From sequence record SRR31156797_1413: a stretch of 20,000 bases of DNA; one strand, given 5' to 3'. The notes under the pieces were generated by a model that saw only the letters and a list, made by a program, of their open reading frames with translations, searched no databases and was not told the DNA's origin. Shown here piece after piece: positions 1 through 9,366 of the stretch (its first letter is position 1; the number at the start of each line of letters is the position of its first letter). The position numbers and the translations under genes are program-made.

Positions 1-1776
1 AATGATCAAACAGCGACAGATACCGACTACCTTGGTATTGAGGCTGTCATCGGTCACGAATATTTTCATAACTGGACCGGAAACCGTGTTACCTGTCGAG
101 ACTGGTTCCAGCTTAGTTTGAAAGAAGGGCTTACCGTTTTCCGTGATCAGGAATTCTCGTCAGACTTAGGCTCTCGTGCTGTTAACCGTATTAACAATGT
201 GCGTATCATCCGTGGTCCACAGTTTGCAGAAGATGCAAGCCCGATGTCACACCCAATTCGTCCTGAAAAAGTGATAGAAATGAATAACTTCTATACTTTA
301 ACAGTTTACGAAAAGGGCAGTGAAGTTATTCGCATGATGCACACTTTACTCGGCGAAGACGGTTTCCAAAAAGGCATGAAGTTGTACTTTGAGCGTCATG
401 ATGGCACGGCTGCAACATGTGAAGACTTTGTTTCGGCGATGGAAGATGCATCAGGTGTTGACTTAAAACAGTTCCGTTTATGGTATAGCCAATCGGGTAC
501 GCCAACAGTGAAAGTAAGCAGCGAATACAATGCAGACCAAAACACCTACGCTTTGACTATTGCTCAACTTACAGAACCCACTCACGATCAAAAAGATAAG
601 AAACCGCTACATATTCCGTTTGATGTTGAGTTATACGCACAAGATGGTTCTGTTATTCCGTTACAGTGTAATGGCTCTCCTGTCGCTAATGTTCTGAACG
701 TCACTGAAGCGGAACAAAGGTTTGTGTTTGAAAATGTCACGGAGCAACCCGTTCCTTCTCTCCTAAGAGAGTTTTCTGCGCCAGTAAAACTTGAATACGA
801 TTATTCTGATGAAGAGTTGGTATTCCTAATGTCGAATGCGACGAATGAATTTGCCCGTTGGGATGCTGGTCAAATCATGATGGCGAAATACATCCGTGAT
901 AATGTGGTTCGAGTGCAAAACGGTCAGGAAGTTGAATTAACGGAGGTTGTTATCGACGCATTCCGTGGTGTATTGCTGAACGATTCTCTTGAGCCTGCGT
1001 TTGTTGCGGAAATGCTGTCACTTCCAAGTCATAACGAAGTGTCAGGTTGGTATAAGACGGTTGACGTTGATGCCGTTGCGAAAGTGCTGAAAGGCTTTAA
1101 AGTTATTCTGGCAAAAGAGCTGGAAGATGAGTTAAGTGCTACTTACCATACTCTTAACCAAGCTGATTACACAATTAGCCATGATGCAATCGGTAAACGT
1201 GCACTACGTAATATTTGTTTATCTTTCCTAGCTTATACCGATCAAGGAAATGAGTTGGCTGACAAGCAGTATAAACAAGCGAATAATATGACGGACACTA
1301 TCGCGGCCATGAATGCAGCGAATAGTGCAGGGCTTGAATGCCGTGAAGCGCAAATGTCTGACTACAGCGACAAATGGAAACATGATGGTCTGGTGATGGA
1401 TAAGTGGTTTATGCTGCAAGGATGCAATCCTGCAAGTAATGCACTGGAAGTGATCAAAAAAACCATGAGCCACGAAGCGTTTAGTTTGAAGAATCCTAAC
1501 CGTACTCGTAATTTAATTGGTGCGTTCTTAAATAATAACCCGGTTAATTTCCACGATAAGAGTGGCGCTGGCTATCGATTTGCTGGTGAGATTTTACGTG
1601 AGCTTAATAGCAGCAACCCGCAAGTGGCATCACGTTTGATTGACCCGTTGTTAAAATTCCGTAAGTACGATGAAGAGCGACAAGCGCTGATCAAAAAAGA
1701 GCTAGAGCAGTTAAAAGCGATGGATAATCTGGCGAAAGATCTTTTTGAAAAAGTGTCTAAAGCATTGGAAGATTAA
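1..1776 (+). CDS. pepN: Aminopeptidase N (M1 zinc metallopeptidase), 5' end outside the window
   Basis: Frame 1 is open from base 1 and reads NDQTATDTDYLGIEAVIGHEYFHNWTGNRVTCRDWFQLSLKEG, containing the HEXXH-(18)-E zinc motif. NFYTLTVYEKG and C-terminal NPQVASRL are typical of PepN. The track start at 118 is internal. Confidence 0.97.
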   Translation, partial: NDQTATDTDYLGIEAVIGHEYFHNWTGNRVTCRDWFQLSLKEGLTVFRDQEFSSDLGSRAVNRINNVRIIRGPQFAEDASPMSHPIRPEKVIEMNNFYTLTVYEKGSEVIRMMHTLLGEDGFQKGMKLYFERHDGTAATCEDFVSAMEDASGVDLKQFRLWYSQSGTPTVKVSSEYNADQNTYALTIAQLTEPTHDQKDKKPLHIPFDVELYAQDGSVIPLQCNGSPVANVLNVTEAEQRFVFENVTEQPVPSLLREFSAPVKLEYDYSDEELVFLMSNATNEFARWDAGQIMMAKYIRDNVVRVQNGQEVELTEVVIDAFRGVLLNDSLEPAFVAEMLSLPSHNEVSGWYKTVDVDAVAKVLKGFKVILAKELEDELSATYHTLNQADYTISHDAIGKRALRNICLSFLAYTDQGNELADKQYKQANNMTDTIAAMNAANSAGLECREAQMSDYSDKWKHDGLVMDKWFMLQGCNPASNALEVIKKTMSHEAFSLKNPNRTRNLIGAFLNNNPVNFHDKSGAGYRFAGEILRELNSSNPQVASRLIDPLLKFRKYDEERQALIKKELEQLKAMDNLAKDLFEKVSKALED

Positions 1777-1786
1777 GGCAGAGTTT

Positions 1787-1817
1787 AAGGTGGTATCGAA
1801 AGGTACCGCCTTTTTTT
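1787..1817 (+). terminator. Intrinsic terminator of pepN
   Basis: AAGGTGGTATC-GAAA-GGTACCGCCTT hairpin followed by a T run, 10 nt after the stop codon. Confidence 0.85.
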
Positions 1818-1844
1818 AACTTTCTAGACTGTATCTAAGTTTTC

Positions 1845-2063
1845 ATGAAGCATTATTATTTTTCACTTAACATAACGTATCAGGCGTTTATTGCTCATTA
1901 TTCGGGAGCGGCCAGTAGTGTACTGGTTGTTACTGACCAAGGTTTGAAATTGCAGTTACCTGCTGCGAGGTTTCGTCCATTTCTTAGTCAGCTAGGGGTT
2001 AAAGGCCGCTTTAGGCTGACAACTGACGGCGAAAATAAGTTTCTTAAGTTAGAAATGCTGTAA
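1845..2063 (+). CDS. Small conserved protein, DUF2835-like
   Basis: 72 aa with the Y-x-G-x-A..V-x-V..G..LQLPAARFRPFL..GVKGRFRL pattern, in the position between pepN and gdh usual for Vibrionaceae. Confidence 0.75.
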   Translation: MKHYYFSLNITYQAFIAHYSGAASSVLVVTDQGLKLQLPAARFRPFLSQLGVKGRFRLTTDGENKFLKLEML

Positions 2064-2248
2064 TTGGTAATTTCTACAGGTGTTTAATTAGGTATCTTAG
2101 TCACATTATCAAACATTCGCCTGTTCAATTACGTTAAAACTATTAACGTTTATTTTATAAAACTTTTACAATAACTCATGCATTACCAGCAGTAAGTTAT
2201 ATGCTTACTGCATCCCCTACAAAACATAATTCTAATCTGGAGTCGCCT

Positions 2249-5200
2249 ATGACCGCGCGTGAGACTTTGATGCCGGTTCTACTTGAAAAAGTATACCAAC
2301 TGATTCAAGACAAACTTGAGCCTAAGCAACAACCTTTGGTAACTCAACTCGCTCAACACTTATTTAGTAACGTTTCGCAAGATGATCTTGATGAGCGAAA
2401 CGAGTCAGATCTTTATGGTGCCGTTGTGAGTCTTTGGCATCATGTCAGTGAGAAGAAGAGTGAGGATTACTCAGTAAGAGTATTTAATCCGACGGTTAGC
2501 CGACACGGCTGGGAATCCACTCATACTATCGTAGAAATTGCTGTACCAGATGGACCTTTCCATGTGGACTCAATCAAGATGGCACTGAGCAGGCTCGATT
2601 TAACATCGCACCTTATGCTGAATGGTCCAACACAGATTGACCGTGATGCAAAAGGCGAGGTTAAGAGCATTAATCAAGGCGAAGGACCGCTCCAATCTTT
2701 ATTCCATATCGAGGTTGATCGATTAAGTAATAAAGAAGAAATGAAAAAACTTCAGGAAGAATTATTAGATATCTTACGCGATACTGAATTAGTCGTGCAA
2801 GATTGGAAACCTATGGTAGATAAATTGGATCAAGTGATTAAGCAGCTTGAGTCTGATGTTGATCATCTACCTATGGATTCAGATCGTTTTCAAGAAACCA
2901 TGGCGTTTCTTCGTTGGCTTGGTGATCATAACTTTACCTTTATGGGCTACAAAGAGTATGACCTGGTTAACATTGAAGGGGATACTGAGCTTCAACCAAC
3001 GCAAGAAGCTGGTTTGGGGTTATTCTCAGAAAAAGATCGTGTTCGCACCGTCAAGTTATCCGAATTCTCTGATTCTGCTCGTTTAGAAGCGAAGAAGGCG
3101 TACTTGTTGATCTTAACGAAAGGTAACAAACAGTCTCGCATTCACCGTCCGGCTTATACTGACTACATTGGTATCAAGAAATTTGATAAAAACGGCAAAG
3201 TGGTTGGGGAACACCGCTTTACCGGTCTCTACACTTCAGCGGTATATAATCAGGCAGTACAAAGCATCCCACTAATCCGAGAAAAAGTGGAACGAATTTT
3301 GGTTGCGAGTGGTTACCGTGAAGGTTCGTACGCTTACAAAGCACTGCATAATATTCTAGAAAACTATCCTCGTGATGAACTATTACAAGCAAGCGAAGAA
3401 GAACTGTTAGAAGTCGGTATGGGCGTTGTTCAAATGCAAGACCGTGACCTATTGCGTTTGTTCGTTCGCAAAGACCCGTTTGGTCGCTTCTTTAGTTGCA
3501 TGGTGTACGTGACGAAAGAGCGTTACAACACAGAGTTACGTCGTCAAACTCAACGTATTTTCAAACAGTATTTTGGTTGTGAGCAAGAAGTTGAATTTAC
3601 CACTTTCTTCTCAGAAAGCCCGCTAGCAAGAACCCATTACATCGTTCGTGTTGATAACAACAATATGGACGTCGATGTTAAAAAAATAGAGCAAAACTTA
3701 ATGGAAGCATCAACGACTTGGGATGATCGATTGTCAGAAGCTATCGTTGCGAATAGTGGCGAAAGTAAAGGTTTACCGTTATCGAAGCAATACCTGCACG
3801 CATTCCCTCGCTCTTATAAAGAAGATGTTATGCCAGCTTCTGCGGTAGCCGATATCGAGCGATTAGAAGCACTTAACGAACAAAACAAATTAGGTATGCT
3901 GTTTTATCGTCCACAAGAGGAGTCGAAAGATTCTAGAGCGGTACGACTAAAACTGTATCACCGTGATGAGCCTATTCACCTTTCTGACGTGATGCCAATG
4001 CTGGAAAACCTTGGTTTGCGCGTTATTGGTGAATCTCCGTATGAAGTGGTGAAATCTAATGGTCAAGTTTATTGGATCTTAGATTTCTCTATGCTGCATA
4101 AGAGTGACAGTCAGGTAGATCTACGTGAAGCTCGCGATCGCTTCCAACAAGCATTTGCGGCAATTTGGAATGGTGATCTTGAGAGTGACGGATTTAACCG
4201 CTTGGTACTGGGTGCTTCATTAACCGGTCGTGAAGTCTCGATTCTTCGTGCCTATGCGCGCTACATGCGTCAAGTGGGCTTCCCATTCAGTCAACAATAC
4301 ATTGAAGATACACTCAGTCATTATCCAGATCTTGCTAAAGGCTTGGTTGATCTGTTTGTTCGCCGTTTTGATCCTAAGTTTAAAGGCGCTCAAAAAGGGC
4401 AAACTGATCTGATTAAGAAGATGACTGAACAATTGGATTATGTAGAAAGCTTGGATGATGACCGTATAATCCGCCGTTATATGGAAATGATTTCGGCAAC
4501 GTACCGTACCAACTACTACCAAACAGACGAAAACAAGCAGGCAAAACCTTGGTTAGCATTGAAAATGAAGCCGAGTGAAATCCCAGAGATTCCAGCGCCT
4601 GTACCCGCGTTTGAAATTTTCGTTTATGCGCCAGACATTGAAGGTGTTCACCTACGTGGTGGTAAAGTCGCTCGCGGTGGTCTGCGTTGGTCGGATCGTC
4701 AGGAAGATTTCCGTACAGAAATTCTTGGTCTAGTTAAAGCACAACAAGTTAAAAACACCGTTATTGTGCCAGTGGGCGCGAAAGGTGGGTTTGTTTGTAA
4801 GAAGCAATACCTGTTTAACACCCGTGATGAGATTTTTGCTGAAGGCCAGCGTTGTTACAAACGTTTCATCCGTGCACTACTTGATGTCAGCGATAACATC
4901 ATTGAGGGTGAAGTTGCGCCACCAGTCAATGTCGTTCGTCACGATGAAGATGACCCGTATTTGGTTGTCGCGGCGGATAAAGGTACTGCTACCTTCTCAG
5001 ATTTAGCGAACTCCGTATCAGAAGAATACAACTTCTGGCTGGGTGATGCGTTTGCTTCTGGTGGTTCAAACGGTTACGACCATAAAGCTATGGGTATTAC
5101 CGCCAAAGGTGGTTGGGAATCGGTTAAGCGTCACTTCCGTGAAATTGGTATCAACTGTCAAACCACTGATTTCACTGCAGTGGGTGTTGGTGATATGGCA

Positions 5201-7090
5201 GGTGACGTGTTTGGTAACGGCATGCTGTTGTCAAAACATATTCGTCTTCAGTGTGCGTTTAACCATTTACACATCTTTATCGATCCAAACCCTGATTCAG
5301 CAACCGGTTGGGAAGAGCGTAATCGTTTATTCAATCTGCCAAGATCAAGCTGGGAAGACTACAACCCTAAATTGATCTCCAAAGGTGGTGGCATCTTCTC
5401 GCGTAAAGCGAAGTCGATCACTTTAACTCCTGAAATTCAGAAAATGTTAGGAATAAAGAAGGCTTCACTAGCACCAAATGATCTGATTAAGATGATCCTT
5501 TCGATGGAGGTCGATCTACTTTGGAACGGTGGTATCGGTACATACGTTAAAGCGTCAAGTGAAACTCATACTGATGTGGGTGACCGTGCGAACGACTCAT
5601 TGCGTATTGATGGCCGCGATCTGAATGCGAAAATTGTTGGTGAAGGCGGTAACTTAGGTATGACTCAGTTGGGGCGTGTTGAGTATGCTCTGAAAGGTGG
5701 CCGTGTTAATACAGACTTCGTAGACAATGTAGGTGGTGTTGACTGTTCGGATAACGAAGTCAACATTAAGATCTTCTTAAATGGGTTAGTGGCTAACGGT
5801 GATCTAACCGTTAAGCAGCGTAATCAGATCCTGGAATCCATGGAAGATGAAGTGGGTGAGATTGTTCTTGAAGATGCTTATGTACAGTCTGAATCTATTT
5901 CGGTTACAGAACAACAAGGCGTCGCTGCTGTTAAAGAGCAAATCCGCTTTATTCATCAATTGGAAAAAGCGGGGCACTTGGATCGCGCACTTGAATATAT
6001 CCCAGATGATGAAACTCTGTTGGAACGCGAAAAACAAGGCCAGGGTTTAACTCGTCCTGAGCTTTCAGTATTAGTCGCGTACGGTAAGATGGTGCTCAAA
6101 GACGAGTTGGCTTGCGATGACATCGCAAATGATGATTTCCATGCTCAACAGTTGATGAACTACTTCCCAACTGAGTTACGCCGTAACTATTCGCAGCATA
6201 TGCAAAATCATCCGCTACGTGCTGAGATTATTTCTACCGCGCTCGCAAACCAGATGGTTAATGAAATGGGTTGCAACTTCGTTACTCGTCTTCAAGAAGA
6301 AACAGGCTCAAACGCCGTTGATGTAACCAATGCGTATGCCGCTGCACGTGAAATCTATAAGTTAGGTGCCGTGTTAGACAATGTGCGTAAACTGGATAAT
6401 AAAGCCGATGCTGAAACTCAGTATGAAGTGATGTTCCACGTTCGCCGCACGCTTCGCCGTTTATCTCGTTGGTTATTGCGTAATCGTCCGGGTAAACAAT
6501 CTGTTCGTGAATTGGTTGAGCTGTACCAAGCTGATGTCGAAATTATTGCCACCAAATTAGGTGAAGTACTAGTGGCGGAGGAAGTGGAAGAGCATAACGC
6601 GATGGCTCAAGTTTGGATTGATAAAGGTATTGATTCAGAAGTCGCAAATTATGTTGCCCGTCTGTCTAGCTTACATTCAGTACTGGATATATCCTCAGTA
6701 GCTAAGGAAAAAGGCAAATCTGTTGAACAAACGGCGAAACTTTACTTCAACCTCGGTGACCGCTTGTCACTTCATTGGTTCTTGAAACAAATCAATAACC
6801 AAGCGACCGATAACAACTGGCAAGTATTGGCTCGTGCTGCATTCCGAGAAGATCTGGATTGGCAACAACGCCAGTTAACGGCTCAAGTACTGAATTGTGA
6901 ATGTGACACTGATAAACTAGATGTGATTAAAGCTTTGGAAGATTGGATGGAAGTCAATCAAGTCTCTTTACATCGTTGGGAAAACATCTTAAATGAGTTC
7001 AAAGTAGGGGCTGTTCATGAGTTTGCTAAGTTCTCTGTAGCACTACGAGAATTGATGTTACTCAATTTAAACTGCCAAGCTGTTGAATAA
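2249..7090 (+). CDS. gdhB: Large NAD-specific glutamate dehydrogenase (1613 aa)
   Basis: Motifs GVHLRGGKVARGGLRWSDR, VIVPVGAKGGF, DDPYLVVAADKGTATFSD, GDMAGDVFGNGML and GVDCSDNEVNIKI. Start moved to ATG 2249 (MTARE) because a GGAG RBS lies at 2239-2242. Confidence 0.96.
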   Translation: MTARETLMPVLLEKVYQLIQDKLEPKQQPLVTQLAQHLFSNVSQDDLDERNESDLYGAVVSLWHHVSEKKSEDYSVRVFNPTVSRHGWESTHTIVEIAVPDGPFHVDSIKMALSRLDLTSHLMLNGPTQIDRDAKGEVKSINQGEGPLQSLFHIEVDRLSNKEEMKKLQEELLDILRDTELVVQDWKPMVDKLDQVIKQLESDVDHLPMDSDRFQETMAFLRWLGDHNFTFMGYKEYDLVNIEGDTELQPTQEAGLGLFSEKDRVRTVKLSEFSDSARLEAKKAYLLILTKGNKQSRIHRPAYTDYIGIKKFDKNGKVVGEHRFTGLYTSAVYNQAVQSIPLIREKVERILVASGYREGSYAYKALHNILENYPRDELLQASEEELLEVGMGVVQMQDRDLLRLFVRKDPFGRFFSCMVYVTKERYNTELRRQTQRIFKQYFGCEQEVEFTTFFSESPLARTHYIVRVDNNNMDVDVKKIEQNLMEASTTWDDRLSEAIVANSGESKGLPLSKQYLHAFPRSYKEDVMPASAVADIERLEALNEQNKLGMLFYRPQEESKDSRAVRLKLYHRDEPIHLSDVMPMLENLGLRVIGESPYEVVKSNGQVYWILDFSMLHKSDSQVDLREARDRFQQAFAAIWNGDLESDGFNRLVLGASLTGREVSILRAYARYMRQVGFPFSQQYIEDTLSHYPDLAKGLVDLFVRRFDPKFKGAQKGQTDLIKKMTEQLDYVESLDDDRIIRRYMEMISATYRTNYYQTDENKQAKPWLALKMKPSEIPEIPAPVPAFEIFVYAPDIEGVHLRGGKVARGGLRWSDRQEDFRTEILGLVKAQQVKNTVIVPVGAKGGFVCKKQYLFNTRDEIFAEGQRCYKRFIRALLDVSDNIIEGEVAPPVNVVRHDEDDPYLVVAADKGTATFSDLANSVSEEYNFWLGDAFASGGSNGYDHKAMGITAKGGWESVKRHFREIGINCQTTDFTAVGVGDMAGDVFGNGMLLSKHIRLQCAFNHLHIFIDPNPDSATGWEERNRLFNLPRSSWEDYNPKLISKGGGIFSRKAKSITLTPEIQKMLGIKKASLAPNDLIKMILSMEVDLLWNGGIGTYVKASSETHTDVGDRANDSLRIDGRDLNAKIVGEGGNLGMTQLGRVEYALKGGRVNTDFVDNVGGVDCSDNEVNIKIFLNGLVANGDLTVKQRNQILESMEDEVGEIVLEDAYVQSESISVTEQQGVAAVKEQIRFIHQLEKAGHLDRALEYIPDDETLLEREKQGQGLTRPELSVLVAYGKMVLKDELACDDIANDDFHAQQLMNYFPTELRRNYSQHMQNHPLRAEIISTALANQMVNEMGCNFVTRLQEETGSNAVDVTNAYAAAREIYKLGAVLDNVRKLDNKADAETQYEVMFHVRRTLRRLSRWLLRNRPGKQSVRELVELYQADVEIIATKLGEVLVAEEVEEHNAMAQVWIDKGIDSEVANYVARLSSLHSVLDISSVAKEKGKSVEQTAKLYFNLGDRLSLHWFLKQINNQATDNNWQVLARAAFREDLDWQQRQLTAQVLNCECDTDKLDVIKALEDWMEVNQVSLHRWENILNEFKVGAVHEFAKFSVALRELMLLNLNCQAVE

Positions 7091-7093
7091 CGT

Positions 7094-7122
7094 TTGAATT
7101 GTTAGGCGAATAAGACAATAAT
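7094..7122 (+). promoter_or_regulatory. Putative sigma70 promoter of pyrD
   Basis: TTGAAT (7094-7099), 17-bp spacer, AATAAT (7117-7122), then GCCCCG in the expected initiation region. Confidence 0.45.
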
Positions 7123-7125
7123 AAT

Positions 7126-7151
7126 GCCCCGTTTAATCGGGGCTTTTTTTT
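7126..7151 (+). terminator. Intrinsic terminator of gdhB, overlapping the pyrD leader
   Basis: GCCCCG-TTTAAT-CGGGGC followed by T8, ending 3 nt before the pyrD RBS GGAGG (7155-7159). Confidence 0.8.
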
Positions 7152-7163
7152 ATCGGAGGCACA

Positions 7164-8174
7164 ATGCTCTACCGCTTAGCCAGAACTGGCTTTTTCAAAT
7201 TGGATGCTGAAAAGGCGCATGATCTTGCCATCCAAAACTTCAAACGTTTTACCGGCACTCCTCTTGATCTTTTCTATCGTCAAAAACTTCCAAATCGACC
7301 TGTTGAGTGTATGGGCTTAACCTTCAAAAACCCTGTTGGTCTTGCTGCTGGCTTGGATAAGAATGGCGAATGTATCGAAGCCTTTGGTGCTATGGGATTC
7401 GGATTTGTTGAAGTAGGGACCGTGACTCCACGACCTCAATCCGGTAATGATAAACCACGTTTGTTCCGCGTTATCCCAGCTGAAGGGATCATCAACCGAA
7501 TGGGATTCAACAACTTAGGTGTTGATAACCTGGTTGAGAATGTGAAGAAAGCGAACTACGACGGTATTATCGGTATCAATATCGGTAAAAATAAAGATAC
7601 TCCAATAGAGAAAGGTGCTGAAGATTACCTGATTTGTATGGATAAGGTCTATCCACACGCGGGTTACATTGCCGTTAATATCTCTTCGCCAAATACTCCA
7701 GGATTGAGAACACTTCAATACGGTGAGGCTCTTGATGAGTTGCTCGCTGCACTAAAAGAGAAACAATCTGAACTTGCGGCTAAATATGATAAGTACGTAC
7801 CGCTTGCGTTAAAAATTGCTCCGGATCTGAGTGACGATGAAATCAAGCAAATTTGTGAATCTTTGCTTAAAAACAACATCGATGGGGTGATTGCAACCAA
7901 TACAACGTTAGATCGTAGTTTGGTTGAAGGTATGAAACATGGTAGTGAAACGGGTGGACTGAGTGGTAAGCCTCTTCAATCGCGCAGTACGGAAGTGATC
8001 AAGTGTTTATACCAAGAGTTGGGCGATCAAGTTCCAATTATCGGTGTGGGTGGTATTGATTCATACGTGGCAGCGAAAGAAAAATTATTGGCTGGTGCGA
8101 AACTTGTACAAGTATACAGTGGTTTCATTTATCAAGGCCCAGGTCTAGTTGCTGACATTGTTAAAAATATCTAA
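7164..8174 (+). CDS. pyrD: Quinone-dependent dihydroorotate dehydrogenase (class 2)
   Basis: 336 aa with motifs [44 protein letters not shown] and GGLSG; strong GGAGG RBS. Confidence 0.97.
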   Translation: MLYRLARTGFFKLDAEKAHDLAIQNFKRFTGTPLDLFYRQKLPNRPVECMGLTFKNPVGLAAGLDKNGECIEAFGAMGFGFVEVGTVTPRPQSGNDKPRLFRVIPAEGIINRMGFNNLGVDNLVENVKKANYDGIIGINIGKNKDTPIEKGAEDYLICMDKVYPHAGYIAVNISSPNTPGLRTLQYGEALDELLAALKEKQSELAAKYDKYVPLALKIAPDLSDDEIKQICESLLKNNIDGVIATNTTLDRSLVEGMKHGSETGGLSGKPLQSRSTEVIKCLYQELGDQVPIIGVGGIDSYVAAKEKLLAGAKLVQVYSGFIYQGPGLVADIVKNI

Positions 8175-8232
8175 CTTATTATATTTGTTACTTTAATTTT
8201 ACAGTGTGATTAAAAGTGACAAGGTAATGACG

Positions 8233-8267
8233 AGAGGAAATGAGAAAATCATTTCCTCTTTTTTTTT
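8233..8267 (+). terminator. Intrinsic terminator of pyrD
   Basis: Perfect 11-bp stem AGAGGAAATGA-GAAAA-TCATTTCCTCT plus a long T run. Confidence 0.85.
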
Positions 8268-8363
8268 AAATTTCCTCTCTTAGAATTAAGTTCAGTTAGT
8301 TGGTATAGGTAATTAAGCGTTTTACCTAATAGTCTGATAAATAATAAATAGAGAGTCAGGACA

Positions 8364-8906
8364 ATGCTTAAACCGAGTGACAAATGGAATTGGTACTACT
8401 CAGATAGTGAAGGCTATCTGATGCTAGAGCTGGGTGAGGAGATGGTGTTTCGCACTAATCTTAGCAGTAATCTATTAGTGGATTGTGCATACACACCGAG
8501 TCAATTTACAGTTGATGACGCTTCGGACTACCAAACCTATAAAGAACGCATCGATTATCTAGAGTTAAGTGAGCCACGCAAAGTTGAATTAGTACTATAC
8601 TGCGTCGCCGCGAAGCGCTTTCACAAGCCTGTCCAGCCAAAGAGCTGGTTTTTTGACTATCAAAGCAGTGGTTATTCTCCTCAAGAGGGGGAAATAGTGA
8701 GCTTAGTGAACAGCAATGGCCAAGGGTACTTCATCGTTCTTGAAGTCGGTGATAATGCGAGTTTATGTGCGCTTGTCGACTTAGAAGCATTTTCACTGAA
8801 TTCATCCAAGCAGTTGTCCTTTGGACAGGTGATTAAAGTCATGCATGATCGCATGGCTCCAGCTAACCATATTCTTCTATCTCATCCAATGGCGATGGTA
8901 GGTTAA
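8364..8906 (+). CDS. zapC: Cell division protein ZapC (FtsZ stabiliser)
   Basis: 180 aa with N-terminal KPSDKWNWYY, AAKRFHKPVQPKSWFF and C-terminal IKVMHDR; lies between pyrD and rlmKL as in enterobacteria. Confidence 0.9.
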   Translation: MLKPSDKWNWYYSDSEGYLMLELGEEMVFRTNLSSNLLVDCAYTPSQFTVDDASDYQTYKERIDYLELSEPRKVELVLYCVAAKRFHKPVQPKSWFFDYQSSGYSPQEGEIVSLVNSNGQGYFIVLEVGDNASLCALVDLEAFSLNSSKQLSFGQVIKVMHDRMAPANHILLSHPMAMVG

Positions 8907-8945
8907 GTTTCCCTAAGTAATATTCGTTCCTTTGTTTCATTTCCT

Positions 8946-8969
8946 ATCGGCGTAAAGCCGATTTTTTTT
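8946..8969 (+). terminator. Intrinsic terminator of zapC
   Basis: ATCGGC-GTAAA-GCCGAT hairpin followed by a T run. Confidence 0.8.
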
Positions 8970-9306
8970 GCCCAAAATTTAGGGCAGTCCCCATTAATTC
9001 ATCTCTCCTTTGAAACACGCCACGTAAATTTATCAACAATTGAAGAAAATTTTCGGTTAAAAGTGACGGTTAAAACGCCATACTTTCCGCAATAGGAGTG
9101 TTAAAACTTCCGCTTTTGCGCTATTTTGTAATAAATTTACAGTGTAAAAATTAATTTGGTCTAGTCCAATTTTGGTGTGAATAAGTATTCACTATCGCTA
9201 TGAGGGTTGAAAACAGGTGTTTTGATGTGGGCTGGTAAAGGTTGGTTAAAATAGAAGCGTTTGTGAGTGAGTTTGAAGGGTTTTTAATGATTTACGACGT
9301 TTAGAT

Positions 9307-9335
9307 TTGGGAAGCTGTATATTGTCAGTTATAAT
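9307..9335 (+). promoter_or_regulatory. Putative sigma70 promoter of the rlmKL-glutaredoxin-uup-DUF3466 operon
   Basis: TTGGGA (9307-9312), 17-bp spacer, perfect TATAAT (9330-9335), ending 31 nt before the ATG. Confidence 0.5.
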
Positions 9336-9366
9336 CTGAGACCATTTTTATCAGTTAAAGAACACT

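Noticed and set aside
1865-1892. ACTTAACATAA resembles a reverse XerD arm (10/11 match), suggesting a second dif-like site
   Set aside because: No XerC arm at 6-bp spacing (AGGCGTTTATT), and it lies inside a conserved CDS.
2201-2248. 16-codon N-terminal extension of gdhB in the ORF track
   Set aside because: A clear RBS precedes ATG 2249; none precedes 2201.
6756-6770. GTGAC-CGCTT-GTCAC, matS-like arms within gdhB
   Set aside because: The spacer is 5 bp rather than the 3 bp required for matS.
8216-8228. GTGAC-AAG-GTAAT, a near-matS between pyrD and zapC
   Set aside because: The right arm is imperfect and the spacer is not RNY; too weak to call without binding data.
9315-9328. CTGTATATTGTCAG, an SOS-box-like sequence in the rlmKL promoter
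   Set aside because: CTG-N8-CAG is 2 bp shorter than the CTG-N10-CAG spacing LexA needs.
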